Shown here: positions 46,159-56,185 of the stretch, in pieces
Numbering within the stretch: the first letter of the stretch is position 1
Layout of the letters: each line of letters starts with the position of its first letter
DNA from: a candidate division FCPU426 bacterium
GTDB lineage: Bacteria; Oederibacteriota; JAAXVQ01; JAUVAV01
Length of the DNA stretch: 64,000 nucleotides
Assembly: GCA_040756875.1 (NCBI GenBank)
Contig: JBFLYH010000002.1
Coordinates: 606,526 to 670,525 of the forward strand
Direction of reading: 5' to 3'
Position numbers and translations under genes: made by a program
The notes under the pieces: model-generated
Database searches by the model: none
What the model was told of the DNA's origin: nothing
The model's input: only the letters and a program-made list of their open reading frames with translations

Positions 46159-47880
46159 TTAAAACAGCCCCTTGACTTTGCCGTCCGGCGTCAGGTCGAT
46201 GAAATTGCCCGCGGGCTGGGAAGGCAGACCCGGCATGGTCCGCATGTCCCCCAGCAGGGGATATAAGAATCCCGCGCCCACCGACGCCCTGACATCGCGC
46301 ACCGGCACGCGGAACCCCCGCGGCCTCCCCTTGAGCTTGGGATCGTGTGAGAGGGACAGGTGCGTCTTGGCCATGCAGATCGGAAGACGGTCGTACCCCA
46401 AACGGGTATACAGCTCGATTTTCTTCTCGGCCTCGGGCAGATAGTCCACGCCGTCGGCGCCGTAAATCTTGGCGGCAATGGTCTCGATTTTCTCCTTGAT
46501 CGGCGCTTCCAGGGGGTAGAGAAACTTGAACGCCGAGGGCTGCTGGGCCGCCGCCACGACGGCTTCGGCCAGCGCCCGGCCGCCTTCCCCGCCGCGCGCG
46601 TGCACTTCGGAAGGCACGGCGGCCACGGCGCCGTATTTCAACGCCTGCCGCTTGATCAGTTCCAGTTCCTGCGGCTGGTCCGTGGCGAAGCGGTTGATGG
46701 CCACCACCACCGGCACGCCGTGCAGCCGCACGGCGGCGATGTGCTGCTCCAGGTTTTCGCACCCCTTCAGCAGGGCTTCGTCGTTGGCTTTGGCCACCAC
46801 GTCGGGATCCAGGGCCTTTCCCGGCCGCACCTGGAAGGCACCGCCGTGCATTTTCAAGGCCCGGACCGTGCAGGTCAGAATCACGGCATCCGGCCGCAAT
46901 CCCGAGTAGCGGCATTTGATGTTCATAAACTTTTCGCAACCGCAATCCGCGCCGAAACCGCTCTCGGTCACCACATAGTCGGCCAGCCGCAGCGCCATCT
47001 GGTCCGCGATGATGGAGGAATTGCCGTGGGCGATGTTGGCGAAGGGACCGGCGTGGACGAACACCGGGGTGTGTTCCAGGGTTTGCATCAGCGTCGGCAA
47101 AATCGCGTCCTTCATCAGCACGGCCATGGAGCCGGCGCACTGCAGTTCCTCGGCTGTGACCGGCTGTCCGCCGCGGGTGGTGCCGACCACGATCGCGCCC
47201 AGACGCCGGCGCATGTCCGGCAGGTCTTTCGCGAGGGCCAGAATGGCCATGACTTCCGAGGCCACTGCGATGTCGAACCCGGTTTCGCGGGGCAGGCCGT
47301 TCTCCGCTCCGCCCAGCCCCACCACGATCTGGCGCAGGGCGCGGTCCGAAATATCCACCACCCGTCGCCAGGTGATGGACAAGGGATCCAGGTCCAGGCG
47401 GTTGCCGTGCAGCAGGTGGGAGTCGATGTAAGCGGCCAGGAGGTTGTTGGCCAGGGAGACGGCGTGAATGTCGCCGGTCAGGTGGAGGTTGAAATCCTCC
47501 ATGGGGATGACCTGCGCGTACCCGCCGCCCGCGGCTCCGCCCTTGATCCCGAATACCGGGCCGAGCGAAGGCTGGCGTATGCAGGTGGCGACCTTTTTCC
47601 CGATTTTGGCCAGGGCTTGGGAAACGCCGATGGTGGTGACGGTCTTGCCTTCCCCCAGGGGGGTGGGCGTAATGGCGGTCACATCAATGTATTTGCCGAG
47701 GGGGCGAGCCGCGAGACGGTCCAGCAATTCCAGACGGACTTTGGCTTTGTAGTTGCCGTAAAGCTCAAGGAAATCTTCGGGGATGTCCAGTTGGCGGGCA
47801 ATGTCCCGAATGGGCTGAAGGCGGGCCGCCTGCGCGATTTCCAGGTCGCTGGGGATCGTAGCCGAGGCCTGTGCAGTCAT
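46159..47880 (-). CDS. fhs: Formate--tetrahydrofolate ligase
   Basis: TPTPLGEGKT, GIKGGAAGGGY, NLHLTGDIHA, HAGPFANIAHG, PICMAKT, TMPGLP. Confidence 0.98.
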   Translation of the reverse strand: MTAQASATIPSDLEIAQAARLQPIRDIARQLDIPEDFLELYGNYKAKVRLELLDRLAARPLGKYIDVTAITPTPLGEGKTVTTIGVSQALAKIGKKVATCIRQPSLGPVFGIKGGAAGGGYAQVIPMEDFNLHLTGDIHAVSLANNLLAAYIDSHLLHGNRLDLDPLSITWRRVVDISDRALRQIVVGLGGAENGLPRETGFDIAVASEVMAILALAKDLPDMRRRLGAIVVGTTRGGQPVTAEELQCAGSMAVLMKDAILPTLMQTLEHTPVFVHAGPFANIAHGNSSIIADQMALRLADYVVTESGFGADCGCEKFMNIKCRYSGLRPDAVILTCTVRALKMHGGAFQVRPGKALDPDVVAKANDEALLKGCENLEQHIAAVRLHGVPVVVAINRFATDQPQELELIKRQALKYGAVAAVPSEVHARGGEGGRALAEAVVAAAQQPSAFKFLYPLEAPIKEKIETIAAKIYGADGVDYLPEAEKKIELYTRLGYDRLPICMAKTHLSLSHDPKLKGRPRGFRVPVRDVRASVGAGFLYPLLGDMRTMPGLPSQPAGNFIDLTPDGKVKGLF

Positions 47881-47944
47881 GCTGACTCCCCCCTTATCGA
47901 CGCCGCCGGCACGGGCGCGGTTGGCTCGCCGATCCGCAACCGCA

Positions 47945-49336
47945 TCAGCGCTTTCTCGGACTCCTGGGTTTTGTGGTTTTGTTTTCCGCGGCGGCTTCCG
48001 GGGTGGGAACGGCGGTCGGCGCCATGGTCTGATCGGCCGCCGGTGGCATATCCGTGGATTCCGGCGGCATGACGCGGGCCTTTCCGCCAACGCGTTTTTG
48101 CATTTCCAGACGGTTGAGAATATTTTCGATGTGCCGTTTGATCCAGTCGCTTTTTTCGGATTTCACCAGGCTCTTGAGGATATTTCCCGCCTCCACCGAA
48201 CCGACCTCATCCAAGGCGGTGACCACGGCCCAGCGCACCCGTTCCGAGGAATCGGTCGTCATCCGCTTCAGGATATCCACGGCCTTTTCGTTTTTGATGC
48301 GTCCCAAGGCCGCCACGGCTTCCTCGCGGATGGTTTCATCCTTGTCCATGGTCATCTTCTGCACAGTGTCCAAATGCTGCGGGCCCGCGGCCTCGGACAA
48401 GGCGTGGGCCACGGCCACCCGAACCACCGGGTCCTCTTCTTTTAAAAGCGGCAACAAGGCGGGTACGGCGCCCGGGGTGCCCAACCGGCCCAGGGCCAAG
48501 GCCGCTTCGCGCCGGGTGGTGTTTTCCTTCTCGGACAAGGCGCGAATCAGCACATCCTCGGCCCGGCTGTCCCCCAGATTGCCGAGCGCCATGATGGCGG
48601 CGCGCCGGACAAAGGGATCCTTATTGTCCGCCGCCTGGATCAGATCCGGCACCGCGCCCTTGGCGTTCATCCGGCCCAGGGCCATGGCGGCGTCGCCTTG
48701 CAGCATCGGAATGCCGGACTTCAACGCCCCTACGATTTTCTGAATGGCGGTGGGATCGCTGAAATTCGTCAAAACCCAGATCGCGCGCCGGCGGACCATG
48801 ACTTCCGGATCCTCCATGGCCTTCATCAAGTCGCCCAGCACCATGGCTTCCGGCAGTTTGCCCAAGGCCAGGACCGCCTGCTCGCGGACCATGAGCGAAG
48901 GGTCGGACAGGAACGGCTTGACGGCTGCGTAACGATCTTTGCCTCCCAGGTTGATCAGCGTAAACACCGCCGCAGACCGAACCCGTTCGTTCTTGTCCTT
49001 GAGGAGCGGCTCCACCTGATCCAATTGCGAGGCATCCCCCCAGGCGCGCATTGAAATCAAAGCGTTTTCGCGCACACGTTCGTCCGGGTCCTGCAGGGCC
49101 TTGAGCAGGCGCGGAATCACGGACTTGTCCCCCACCCCGCCCAGAGACATCACTGCTTCCCGCCTTAACGCGGCGTCTTTTGATTCCAGCATGTGGGTAT
49201 ATTTACTCATCATGGCTTTGCGCTTATGTTCCCAGGATCTCGGGGCACGCACGAGCATGGAAACGACCAAAGCCGCTCCCGCCAAAACGAGAACTGCCAT
49301 GGTCACCCAAATAATCTTGGTTTTTTGGCTTGCCAT
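47945..49336 (-). CDS. Membrane-anchored HEAT (PBS-lyase-like) repeat protein
   Basis: N-terminal TM; about 10 repeats of L.D.D..VR..A..ALG; Pro/Thr-rich tail. Confidence 0.88.
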   Translation of the reverse strand: MASQKTKIIWVTMAVLVLAGAALVVSMLVRAPRSWEHKRKAMMSKYTHMLESKDAALRREAVMSLGGVGDKSVIPRLLKALQDPDERVRENALISMRAWGDASQLDQVEPLLKDKNERVRSAAVFTLINLGGKDRYAAVKPFLSDPSLMVREQAVLALGKLPEAMVLGDLMKAMEDPEVMVRRRAIWVLTNFSDPTAIQKIVGALKSGIPMLQGDAAMALGRMNAKGAVPDLIQAADNKDPFVRRAAIMALGNLGDSRAEDVLIRALSEKENTTRREAALALGRLGTPGAVPALLPLLKEEDPVVRVAVAHALSEAAGPQHLDTVQKMTMDKDETIREEAVAALGRIKNEKAVDILKRMTTDSSERVRWAVVTALDEVGSVEAGNILKSLVKSEKSDWIKRHIENILNRLEMQKRVGGKARVMPPESTDMPPAADQTMAPTAVPTPEAAAENKTTKPRSPRKR

Positions 49337-49419
49337 TGAACGTCCTCCTTCGATGCCTATCATTCAAACCGCCAAGATGCAAATTATAACACGCTGGCCA
49401 GGGTCCCGCATTAAAAAAG

Positions 49420-50532
49420 TCAAGGCAGGCATTGCCCGCAGATCGCCTGGATATCCATGTATTGGCCGACCAGTTGGATCGCCTGTTCGATTTTGTTGCT
49501 TTCCTCGGGCGTGATTTTCACCATTAAATCGTGGATTTGCGAGGCCACGGTATAGGTGTCCTTGGAGCAGGTGATAACCGGGATCCGGGCGCGGTGAATC
49601 AGCTCCAAAATCGCCGGATGCGGAATGGTGTGCCCGGTCAGCACGATGCCCGAGACCATGCCGGGCTGGCTTTGTTCGTCCGAAATAGCCATGCCGATGG
49701 AGGCTAGGATGATGTCCTCGCGGTCGCCGGGTGTGATAATCAGTGATCCGGGCTTGAAATAATCCAGGGCCTGGTGGGCGCTCATGGCCCCCACCAAGTT
49801 GTGCTTGACCGGGGCCTCCAGGGCCGCTTCGCTGACGTCCTGACTGATCAGCTCTCCGCCCACTTCGATCATCACTTCCTTCACGCTCGGCGCCGAAAGC
49901 ACGTCGTCGAACGGCAGCACGCCCAATACGTTGATTCCTTTTTGGGCGAACCCTTTGGTGGCCAGTTCCTTCACCTGCTCGTATTTATGCGGCTTCACCT
50001 TGTTGATGACCACGCCGGCCAACGGCACGCCCGCTTCACGCAGCAATACGTAATTCAGCGCGACTTCATCGATCGGACGGCCAACGCCGCCCGGCGCCAC
50101 CATGACCACCGGCGTTCCGAGCAGCTGCGCCACCCGGGCATTGGACAAATCCAGCACCGAGCCCACGCCCGCATGGCCGGTGCCCTCCACTACTACGAAA
50201 TCGCGGCCCTGACTCACCCGGTCGAAAGCTTCCTGGATCTGCTCGGCCAGCCGGCTGTCGCGGCCGTGGCGGATATAATCGGCCGTGAACCCTTTGCCGA
50301 CCCGCACGGGATTCATGTCCTGCAGATGGCTGCCGATATGAAAGACCCGCTCCATCAGCACCGCATCTTCGTCGACTTCCACCCCTTCCGCGACGATGGT
50401 GCGCTGGCCCACGGGCTTGATGTATCCCACGTTTTTGCCGCTGCGGCTGAGCGTGCCGAGAATCCCCAGGGACAGCAGCGTCTTCCCTACGTTTTGGTGC
50501 GTGGCTGCAATGAAAATTTTCCCGCCGCTCAT
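49420..50532 (-). CDS. BioD-like / DRTGG protein (stand-alone phosphotransacetylase N-terminal domain)
   Basis: NVGKT, YIKPVGQ, VEGTGHAGVGSV, ITPGDREDII, LTG. Confidence 0.88.
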   Translation of the reverse strand: MSGGKIFIAATHQNVGKTLLSLGILGTLSRSGKNVGYIKPVGQRTIVAEGVEVDEDAVLMERVFHIGSHLQDMNPVRVGKGFTADYIRHGRDSRLAEQIQEAFDRVSQGRDFVVVEGTGHAGVGSVLDLSNARVAQLLGTPVVMVAPGGVGRPIDEVALNYVLLREAGVPLAGVVINKVKPHKYEQVKELATKGFAQKGINVLGVLPFDDVLSAPSVKEVMIEVGGELISQDVSEAALEAPVKHNLVGAMSAHQALDYFKPGSLIITPGDREDIILASIGMAISDEQSQPGMVSGIVLTGHTIPHPAILELIHRARIPVITCSKDTYTVASQIHDLMVKITPEESNKIEQAIQLVGQYMDIQAICGQCLP

Positions 50533-52952
50533 GTCCCGGACCTCCCGGGCCTGCCCGCCAGCAGACGTTCCACCACTTCGACGCTGCGTCCGGCGTCCAC
50601 GGCATAGCCGTCCGCGCCGATCTCGTCGGCGAAACGCTGCGTTACCACCGCGCCTCCAACGATGACCTTGGCCGCCAGGCCGCGCGCCTTGACCAGCTTG
50701 ACCACCTTGGCCATTTCGACCATGGTGCTGGTCATAAGCGCCGACAAGCCGATGAAGTCCGCGCCGGCCGCCTCCGCTTCTCTAACGATCGTTTCCTCAT
50801 CCACGGATTTGCCGAGGTCTACGATCTTGTATCCGTGGTTTCTCAACACCAAACCGACGATTTTCTTGCCGATGTCATGGACATCGCCCTTCACCGTGGC
50901 CAGGACCCCCACGCCCTTGATTGCACCGGACGCGAGCGACAGCCTGGGCGCCAGGGACTGCATGCCCGCTTCCATGGCCTCCGCCGAGGCCACTAATTGA
51001 GGCAGAAAATACTCCCGCCGGTTGTATTTCTCGCCGACCTCGCGGATGGCGGGAATCATGAGCTCGGCGACCAGACGGTCCGCCGCCACCCCGGCTGCCA
51101 AAGCGTCTTCGACGGCGGACGTCACTCCCTGACGGTTCCCTCCGATGACCGCAGCGCGCACCCGCTCCTCCGGCGGCTGAGAGGCGTGCGGAACAGCAAG
51201 CTCCCTTTTTTGGACAACGGCAAACCTCCGGATCAGTTCCTGGCCGCGTTCGTCCCGACCGGTCAGCGCCTCGGCGCTGGCTTTCAGGTTCATGACTACT
51301 TCGTCCGCCGGATTCGCCAAAACCAGCGAGAGCCCTTCAGCCGCGGCCTGGGCCAAAAAAGCGCCGTTTAGAAACGACCGCCCGGGGAGCCCGAACGAGA
51401 CGTTGGACAGGCCGATCACGGTATGCAACCCCAGTTGTTGCGAGGCGTACCGGATCAGCTTCAGGGTCTTCGTCGGCTGATCGGCCCCGGTCGCCACGGT
51501 CAGAGCCAGACCATCGACCACCACTTGCGAGCGGGCCACGCCATGTTTGTCGCAGGCCTGGAGAATCCTTTCCAGCACCTCCAAACGTCCTTCAACGGTT
51601 TCGGATATTCCCCGGTCATCCACAGGCAGTATGATGCAGGCCGCACCGTATTTGGCAATAACAGGCAGCAACTTCTCGAGTTTGGCTTTTTCGCCGGAGA
51701 GGGAATTGACCAGCGCCTTGCCGGGGTACAGGCGCAAGGCCGCCTCCAAAACCTCAGGATGGCTCGAATCCAGGCACAATGGCAGATCGGACGCCACGCT
51801 GAGCTCCACCACCGCTTGTTGCAAAAGAGCCGCTTCGTCCGCTCCGTCAACGCCGACGTTGACGTCCAGCACGTCCGCTCCCTGGCCCTGTTGTTCCTGG
51901 GCGAGGGCGCGGACCCGCTCCATTTTTCCCGCGCGCAGTTCGTCCTGCAATTGAGGCTTCCCGGTCGGATTGATTCTTTCTCCAACGACCCTGATGAGCC
52001 CCTGTCCGGGCGCGGACAGCTGCAACGTCTGCCGCGGACCGGCCACTGTGAAGGCTTCCGCCGGCCTGATCGCTGGTCGCAACTCGCGCGCGGCCACGGC
52101 GCGGGCGAGTTCGCGGATATGGTCCGGCGTGGTTCCGCAGCATCCGCCCAGAGCGTTCACGCCAAGCTTCCAAAACGTTTCCGCGAAGGCGGCGAACTCG
52201 ATCGACCCCATGGTATAGGTGGTTTCCCCGGCCCGCACCTGCGGCAATCCGGCATTTGGTTTGATCCAGATCGGAATGCGGGCCAACGGCGCGATTTGCT
52301 CGACCAGCGGCACGATGTGCTCCGGGCCTGTGGAACAATTGATGCCAAATCCGTCGGCACCCAAGGCGGCAAGGATGGTCAAACACGTGACCGGATCGCT
52401 GCCTGTCAGCGTGCGGCCCTGTTCGTCAAACGTAAGGCTGATGACAACGGGCAGGCGGGTGTTTTCTTTGGCCGCCAGCAGGGCCAAACGGGCTTCTTGG
52501 ATGTCCAACTGCGTTTCCACAACCAATAAATCCACACCCGCAGCTTCCAAAGCTTTCATCTGTTCGGCAAAAATCCCCACCCCTTCTTCCACCGATCGTT
52601 CGCCGAAAGGACGGAAAAACTCGCCGGTCGGCCCGATGTCTCCGGCCGCCCAGGCACCCTGAGCGTGCGCCAGTTTAACCGTGGCTTCGGCCAAGCGCTG
52701 ATTCAATTCAGATACGCGCTTTTCCCACTGATAATGCCGGAGTTTGCTGCGGTTGGCCCCAAAGGTGGGCGTATATATAATGTTGGCGCCGGCGGTCAGG
52801 TATTCTTCCTGGATTTTACGGACCACCTCGGGGTGTTCAAGGCAAAACAGTTCCGGCGCCGCGCCTGCTGGCATGCCGCGACGCTGCAACATGGTTCCAG
52901 TAGAACCATCCAGAAGCATCAATTTTGTGTTTTTAAGCGGTTTTTCAATCAT
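50529..52952 (-). CDS. metH: Cobalamin-dependent methionine synthase, Hcy/folate/B12 modules without the reactivation domain
   Basis: LDGSTGT, GINCSTGP, PNAGLP, GGCCGTTPDHI, GERINPTG, GLSNVSFG, GDVHDIGK, GLSALMT. Confidence 0.93.
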   Translation of the reverse strand: MIEKPLKNTKLMLLDGSTGTMLQRRGMPAGAAPELFCLEHPEVVRKIQEEYLTAGANIIYTPTFGANRSKLRHYQWEKRVSELNQRLAEATVKLAHAQGAWAAGDIGPTGEFFRPFGERSVEEGVGIFAEQMKALEAAGVDLLVVETQLDIQEARLALLAAKENTRLPVVISLTFDEQGRTLTGSDPVTCLTILAALGADGFGINCSTGPEHIVPLVEQIAPLARIPIWIKPNAGLPQVRAGETTYTMGSIEFAAFAETFWKLGVNALGGCCGTTPDHIRELARAVAARELRPAIRPAEAFTVAGPRQTLQLSAPGQGLIRVVGERINPTGKPQLQDELRAGKMERVRALAQEQQGQGADVLDVNVGVDGADEAALLQQAVVELSVASDLPLCLDSSHPEVLEAALRLYPGKALVNSLSGEKAKLEKLLPVIAKYGAACIILPVDDRGISETVEGRLEVLERILQACDKHGVARSQVVVDGLALTVATGADQPTKTLKLIRYASQQLGLHTVIGLSNVSFGLPGRSFLNGAFLAQAAAEGLSLVLANPADEVVMNLKASAEALTGRDERGQELIRRFAVVQKRELAVPHASQPPEERVRAAVIGGNRQGVTSAVEDALAAGVAADRLVAELMIPAIREVGEKYNRREYFLPQLVASAEAMEAGMQSLAPRLSLASGAIKGVGVLATVKGDVHDIGKKIVGLVLRNHGYKIVDLGKSVDEETIVREAEAAGADFIGLSALMTSTMVEMAKVVKLVKARGLAAKVIVGGAVVTQRFADEIGADGYAVDAGRSVEVVERLLAGRPGRSGT

Positions 52953-53587
52953 ATTCTTACCTCAAGCGGGCGAACGGGCGCCAGTCCTGTCACGGTTTTC
53001 TCCGGAATAAGCAGGTACTGAGGCGTCAATATTATGCCATATCGCGAAAACTCCAGGACATTATAAAAAAACCTTTGATTTTCAAGGGAAAAGTCGCCAT
53101 ATCCGCATGATAGCCTCGCGCCCATAACCTGACCTTTGCGGCGCAATTCGAGATTAACTCCCTTTTCGATAAAATCCAGCGCATAATCGACCTTTTCCGA
53201 TAAAACCGCATCTAAAACCACGGCTTCCTCCAGGCGGTTTTGTTCCTGCAGCGACTGAAGCTGCCTGAAGTCTTCCTGCCTGACCGACGCCCCGAGCAAG
53301 TAAACCCGTTGCGCACCCGCACAACGTTCTGCGACCAGCCGGCTGCTGAACCGGTGGCGGTCAACGGCCACCAGGTCTCCCTCAGCCTGGAAACCGGCTT
53401 CCCGGTAAAAAAGTCGTATCTGAGTCTCGCGTAAAAACCGCTTGATCAGGGATTGATACTTGGACAGGATCAGCGTCTGGTCGGAGGTCTTCTGGCGGTA
53501 ACCCAGGCGCGTCCAAATCGGCTCCTCGGGCATGGGGTGCATCGAGACCAAACTGACGTTAAGCGGAAACCCGGACGCCTCATTCAT
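52949..53587 (-). CDS. Stand-alone methionine synthase reactivation (AdoMet) domain-like protein
   Basis: RLGY, ..DAVLSE.., RLSCGYGDF, L.P...LIPEKTVTG; ATGA overlap with metH. Confidence 0.75.
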   Translation of the reverse strand: MNEASGFPLNVSLVSMHPMPEEPIWTRLGYRQKTSDQTLILSKYQSLIKRFLRETQIRLFYREAGFQAEGDLVAVDRHRFSSRLVAERCAGAQRVYLLGASVRQEDFRQLQSLQEQNRLEEAVVLDAVLSEKVDYALDFIEKGVNLELRRKGQVMGARLSCGYGDFSLENQRFFYNVLEFSRYGIILTPQYLLIPEKTVTGLAPVRPLEVRI

Positions 53588-53615
53588 GCTCTGCTCCGCC
53601 TTGCTTGCTTGGAAG

Positions 53616-54164
53616 TCAAATTTTTGCCAGCGTAATGCCCTTGCTTCCTTGGTACTTGCCTCCCTTGTCCGCATAAGAAACTTCAGGAACCCATTCGCTT
53701 TGCATGAACACCACCTGGGCGATGCCTTCCTGGGCGTAGATCTTGACGGGCGCTGCGGTGGTGTTAAATATCTGCATGGTCACATGCCCCTCCCATTCCG
53801 GCTCCAACGGCGTGATATTCACCAACACGCCGCTGCGCGCATACGTGGACTTGCCCGTGCACAAGGCGATCACATCTCTGGGGATGCGGAAATATTCCAC
53901 CGAACGTCCCAGGCAAAACGTGTGCGGAGGCAGCTCCAGCACCGGGCCTTGAAAATTTTCAAAATCTTCGGACCGGGATTGTTTGGGATCCGCCACATTG
54001 TTGGTTGACCCTTTGTGGATTTTGAACTGATCACTCACCCGCATGTCGTATCCAAAGGAAGAAATGCCAAAGGAGACCACGCCACCCGAAGTCGGCTCGG
54101 CGCAAGGTTCAATCATCCCTTTCTCCTTTGACAACTTCCTTATCATATGGTCCGGCATGACCAT
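53616..54164 (-). CDS. dcd: dCTP deaminase
   Basis: MIEP, SFGISSFGYD, GKSTYARSG, TPLEPEWEG, SYADKGGKYQ. Confidence 0.96.
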   Translation of the reverse strand: MVMPDHMIRKLSKEKGMIEPCAEPTSGGVVSFGISSFGYDMRVSDQFKIHKGSTNNVADPKQSRSEDFENFQGPVLELPPHTFCLGRSVEYFRIPRDVIALCTGKSTYARSGVLVNITPLEPEWEGHVTMQIFNTTAAPVKIYAQEGIAQVVFMQSEWVPEVSYADKGGKYQGSKGITLAKI

Positions 54165-54197
54165 GGCCGCAATTCCTCCCGGATTCTGATTACTCGT

Positions 54198-55700
54198 TCA
54201 TGCGTTGGACTTGTATTTAAAATGCTTGTTTTTTTGAGCTAAAAGCCAAGCCAGAGTCAGCCTTATACCAACCCCTGTAGCCCCTTTGGGCGACAAAGGC
54301 GTTTTATCTCCATACGCTGTTCCTGCAATGTCCAAATGGACCCAGGGCGTATCCCCGATAAAACGTTCAAGAAAAACCGCGCCTTGAATCGTGCCTGCTC
54401 CGGACTTGCTTGAAATATTTGCAATATCAGCCACTTCGCTTTTCATTAACTGGCGGTATTCATCCCAGATCGGTAGCTGCCAGGTCTTCTCGCCAGACTC
54501 ATTTCCGGCCTCGGCAATATCCAATCCCATCTGGTCGCAATTCGTCAATAACCCGGTGGCATATGTCCCTAACGCTACGATAACCGCCCCTGTCAATGTT
54601 GCGAAATCCAGAATGCATGCCGGCTTATGCCTAAGACTATAAGTGAGGGCGTCCGCCAGTATCAATCTGCCTTCCGCATCAGTGTTGATGATCTCAATAC
54701 TCTTCCCGGATAAACTGGTCACAACATCTCCCGGCCTGGTAGCTGTCCCGGAAGGCATATTTTCGGCAGCCGGAACCACCCCTAGCAAATTAACCGGCAG
54801 CCTCATGGCTGCTGCAGCTTTGATGATACCCAAAACTGCGGCCGCGCCGCTCATGTCAAAACGCATCTCTTCCATTTTGGCAGATGGCTTGATCGAGATG
54901 CCCCCGGAATCGAAGGTGATGCCCTTCCCCACCAGCGCAACTGGCGCTTGTTTGCTGCTGGCCCCCTGATAACGGATGTCGATCAGCACCGGAGGGCGCA
55001 CGCTGCCAATGCCAACCGCCATTAAAGCGCCGAATCCCTGCCGTCGCAATTCCTGATGACGGAGAATTTTCACCTTGATTCGTTTGTCTTTTTTCGCCAA
55101 CGCCACAGCCTCTTTAGCCAATACTTCCGGATAAAGAACATTCCCGGGGCGGTTGGCCAACGTCCTGGCATAATTAACGCTGTCCGCCGTGTCCTCGGCC
55201 ATCTTCACTGCCTGGAGAATGGATGGCTTTTTTTCAATGCATAACGACACTGTGAACCGCTGCCTACGCAAATCCTCGTCCTGCTCTTTCTTCAGTTCCA
55301 AATATCGATAACTCGCCAGTTGTCCGGCCAGTACGATGAGCCGGCTGGTCTCCACCGGTTCCAAACGTTCATGGCAGAAACTGCCCACTTCAAAGACCGC
55401 TTCCCGGACTTTTAAGCGCACGGCTCTTTGCACCGCCAACCCCACCGCTTTACGCACTTCCTCGGCTTCCAATTCGGCGCCTTTTCCCAAGCCGCAAAGA
55501 ATTACCCTTTCAATGGGTCCGGATGGGGGGTAAAAAACGTTTATTTCCCCCAGTTTTCCGGTTACATCACCTAGTTTAATGGCGCGTTGTATCCCGGGTA
55601 TCCGCGCAGTCAAGCCTGACAGGGATTTTTTGTCTTCCGTTACACCCAACACCAAATTTCTTATCCCCCGGATTTCCTTTGGGCGATAAAAACGGACCAT
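54198..55700 (-). CDS. pepA: Leucyl aminopeptidase (M17)
   Basis: VGKGITFDSGG, M.FDMSGAA, ENMPSG, NTDAEGRL, ATLTGA, HLDIAG. Confidence 0.97.
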   Translation of the reverse strand: MVRFYRPKEIRGIRNLVLGVTEDKKSLSGLTARIPGIQRAIKLGDVTGKLGEINVFYPPSGPIERVILCGLGKGAELEAEEVRKAVGLAVQRAVRLKVREAVFEVGSFCHERLEPVETSRLIVLAGQLASYRYLELKKEQDEDLRRQRFTVSLCIEKKPSILQAVKMAEDTADSVNYARTLANRPGNVLYPEVLAKEAVALAKKDKRIKVKILRHQELRRQGFGALMAVGIGSVRPPVLIDIRYQGASSKQAPVALVGKGITFDSGGISIKPSAKMEEMRFDMSGAAAVLGIIKAAAAMRLPVNLLGVVPAAENMPSGTATRPGDVVTSLSGKSIEIINTDAEGRLILADALTYSLRHKPACILDFATLTGAVIVALGTYATGLLTNCDQMGLDIAEAGNESGEKTWQLPIWDEYRQLMKSEVADIANISSKSGAGTIQGAVFLERFIGDTPWVHLDIAGTAYGDKTPLSPKGATGVGIRLTLAWLLAQKNKHFKYKSNA

Positions 55701-56185
55701 AACGAATTCCTCCTTCGACGAAACCGCGTTAATGATTCACAGTGTACGACGAGAAAAATACGAGGGCAAGGAATAAAAATCGTCAGCAAAAGCGACTGCG
55801 GGTGTAAATTTCATTCTTAACATTTAAGCAACGTATTGCACCCTCTTGTGCTATTCCCCGGGAATGAACCCGCGCCGATTTTTAAAAGGCAAGTTTATAT
55901 GAAGTCGTCTCGCAAACAAACAAGGCGTGGCCGAACAGCCTCCGCAGTGACAATTTATGTTTAATACTATAATTTGAAAGGGTGGTTTTATGACTTCGTC
56001 TCGTCAATATTCATAATATCAGTTAAATAATAACTATAATAATAAACAATATTATATCATTGTTACATTTGTGTATATTTATATTTAAAGTGTTATATAT
56101 ACATTAAACTCGGCGATGCGATCGGGTTTCGGCAGGCGGGAATCCAATTCGTTTTTAACTTTCTCTTAAAGAATATTGCACACCT

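Noticed and set aside
55938-55965. dif-like site (TTATGTTTAAT resembles the XerD arm)
   Set aside because: No convincing XerC arm; the match is expected by chance in AT-rich DNA.
55700-56180. oriC in the AT-rich spacers (also 61560-61985)
   Set aside because: No cluster of TTATCCACA-like DnaA boxes was seen, and there is no dnaA/dnaN/gid context.
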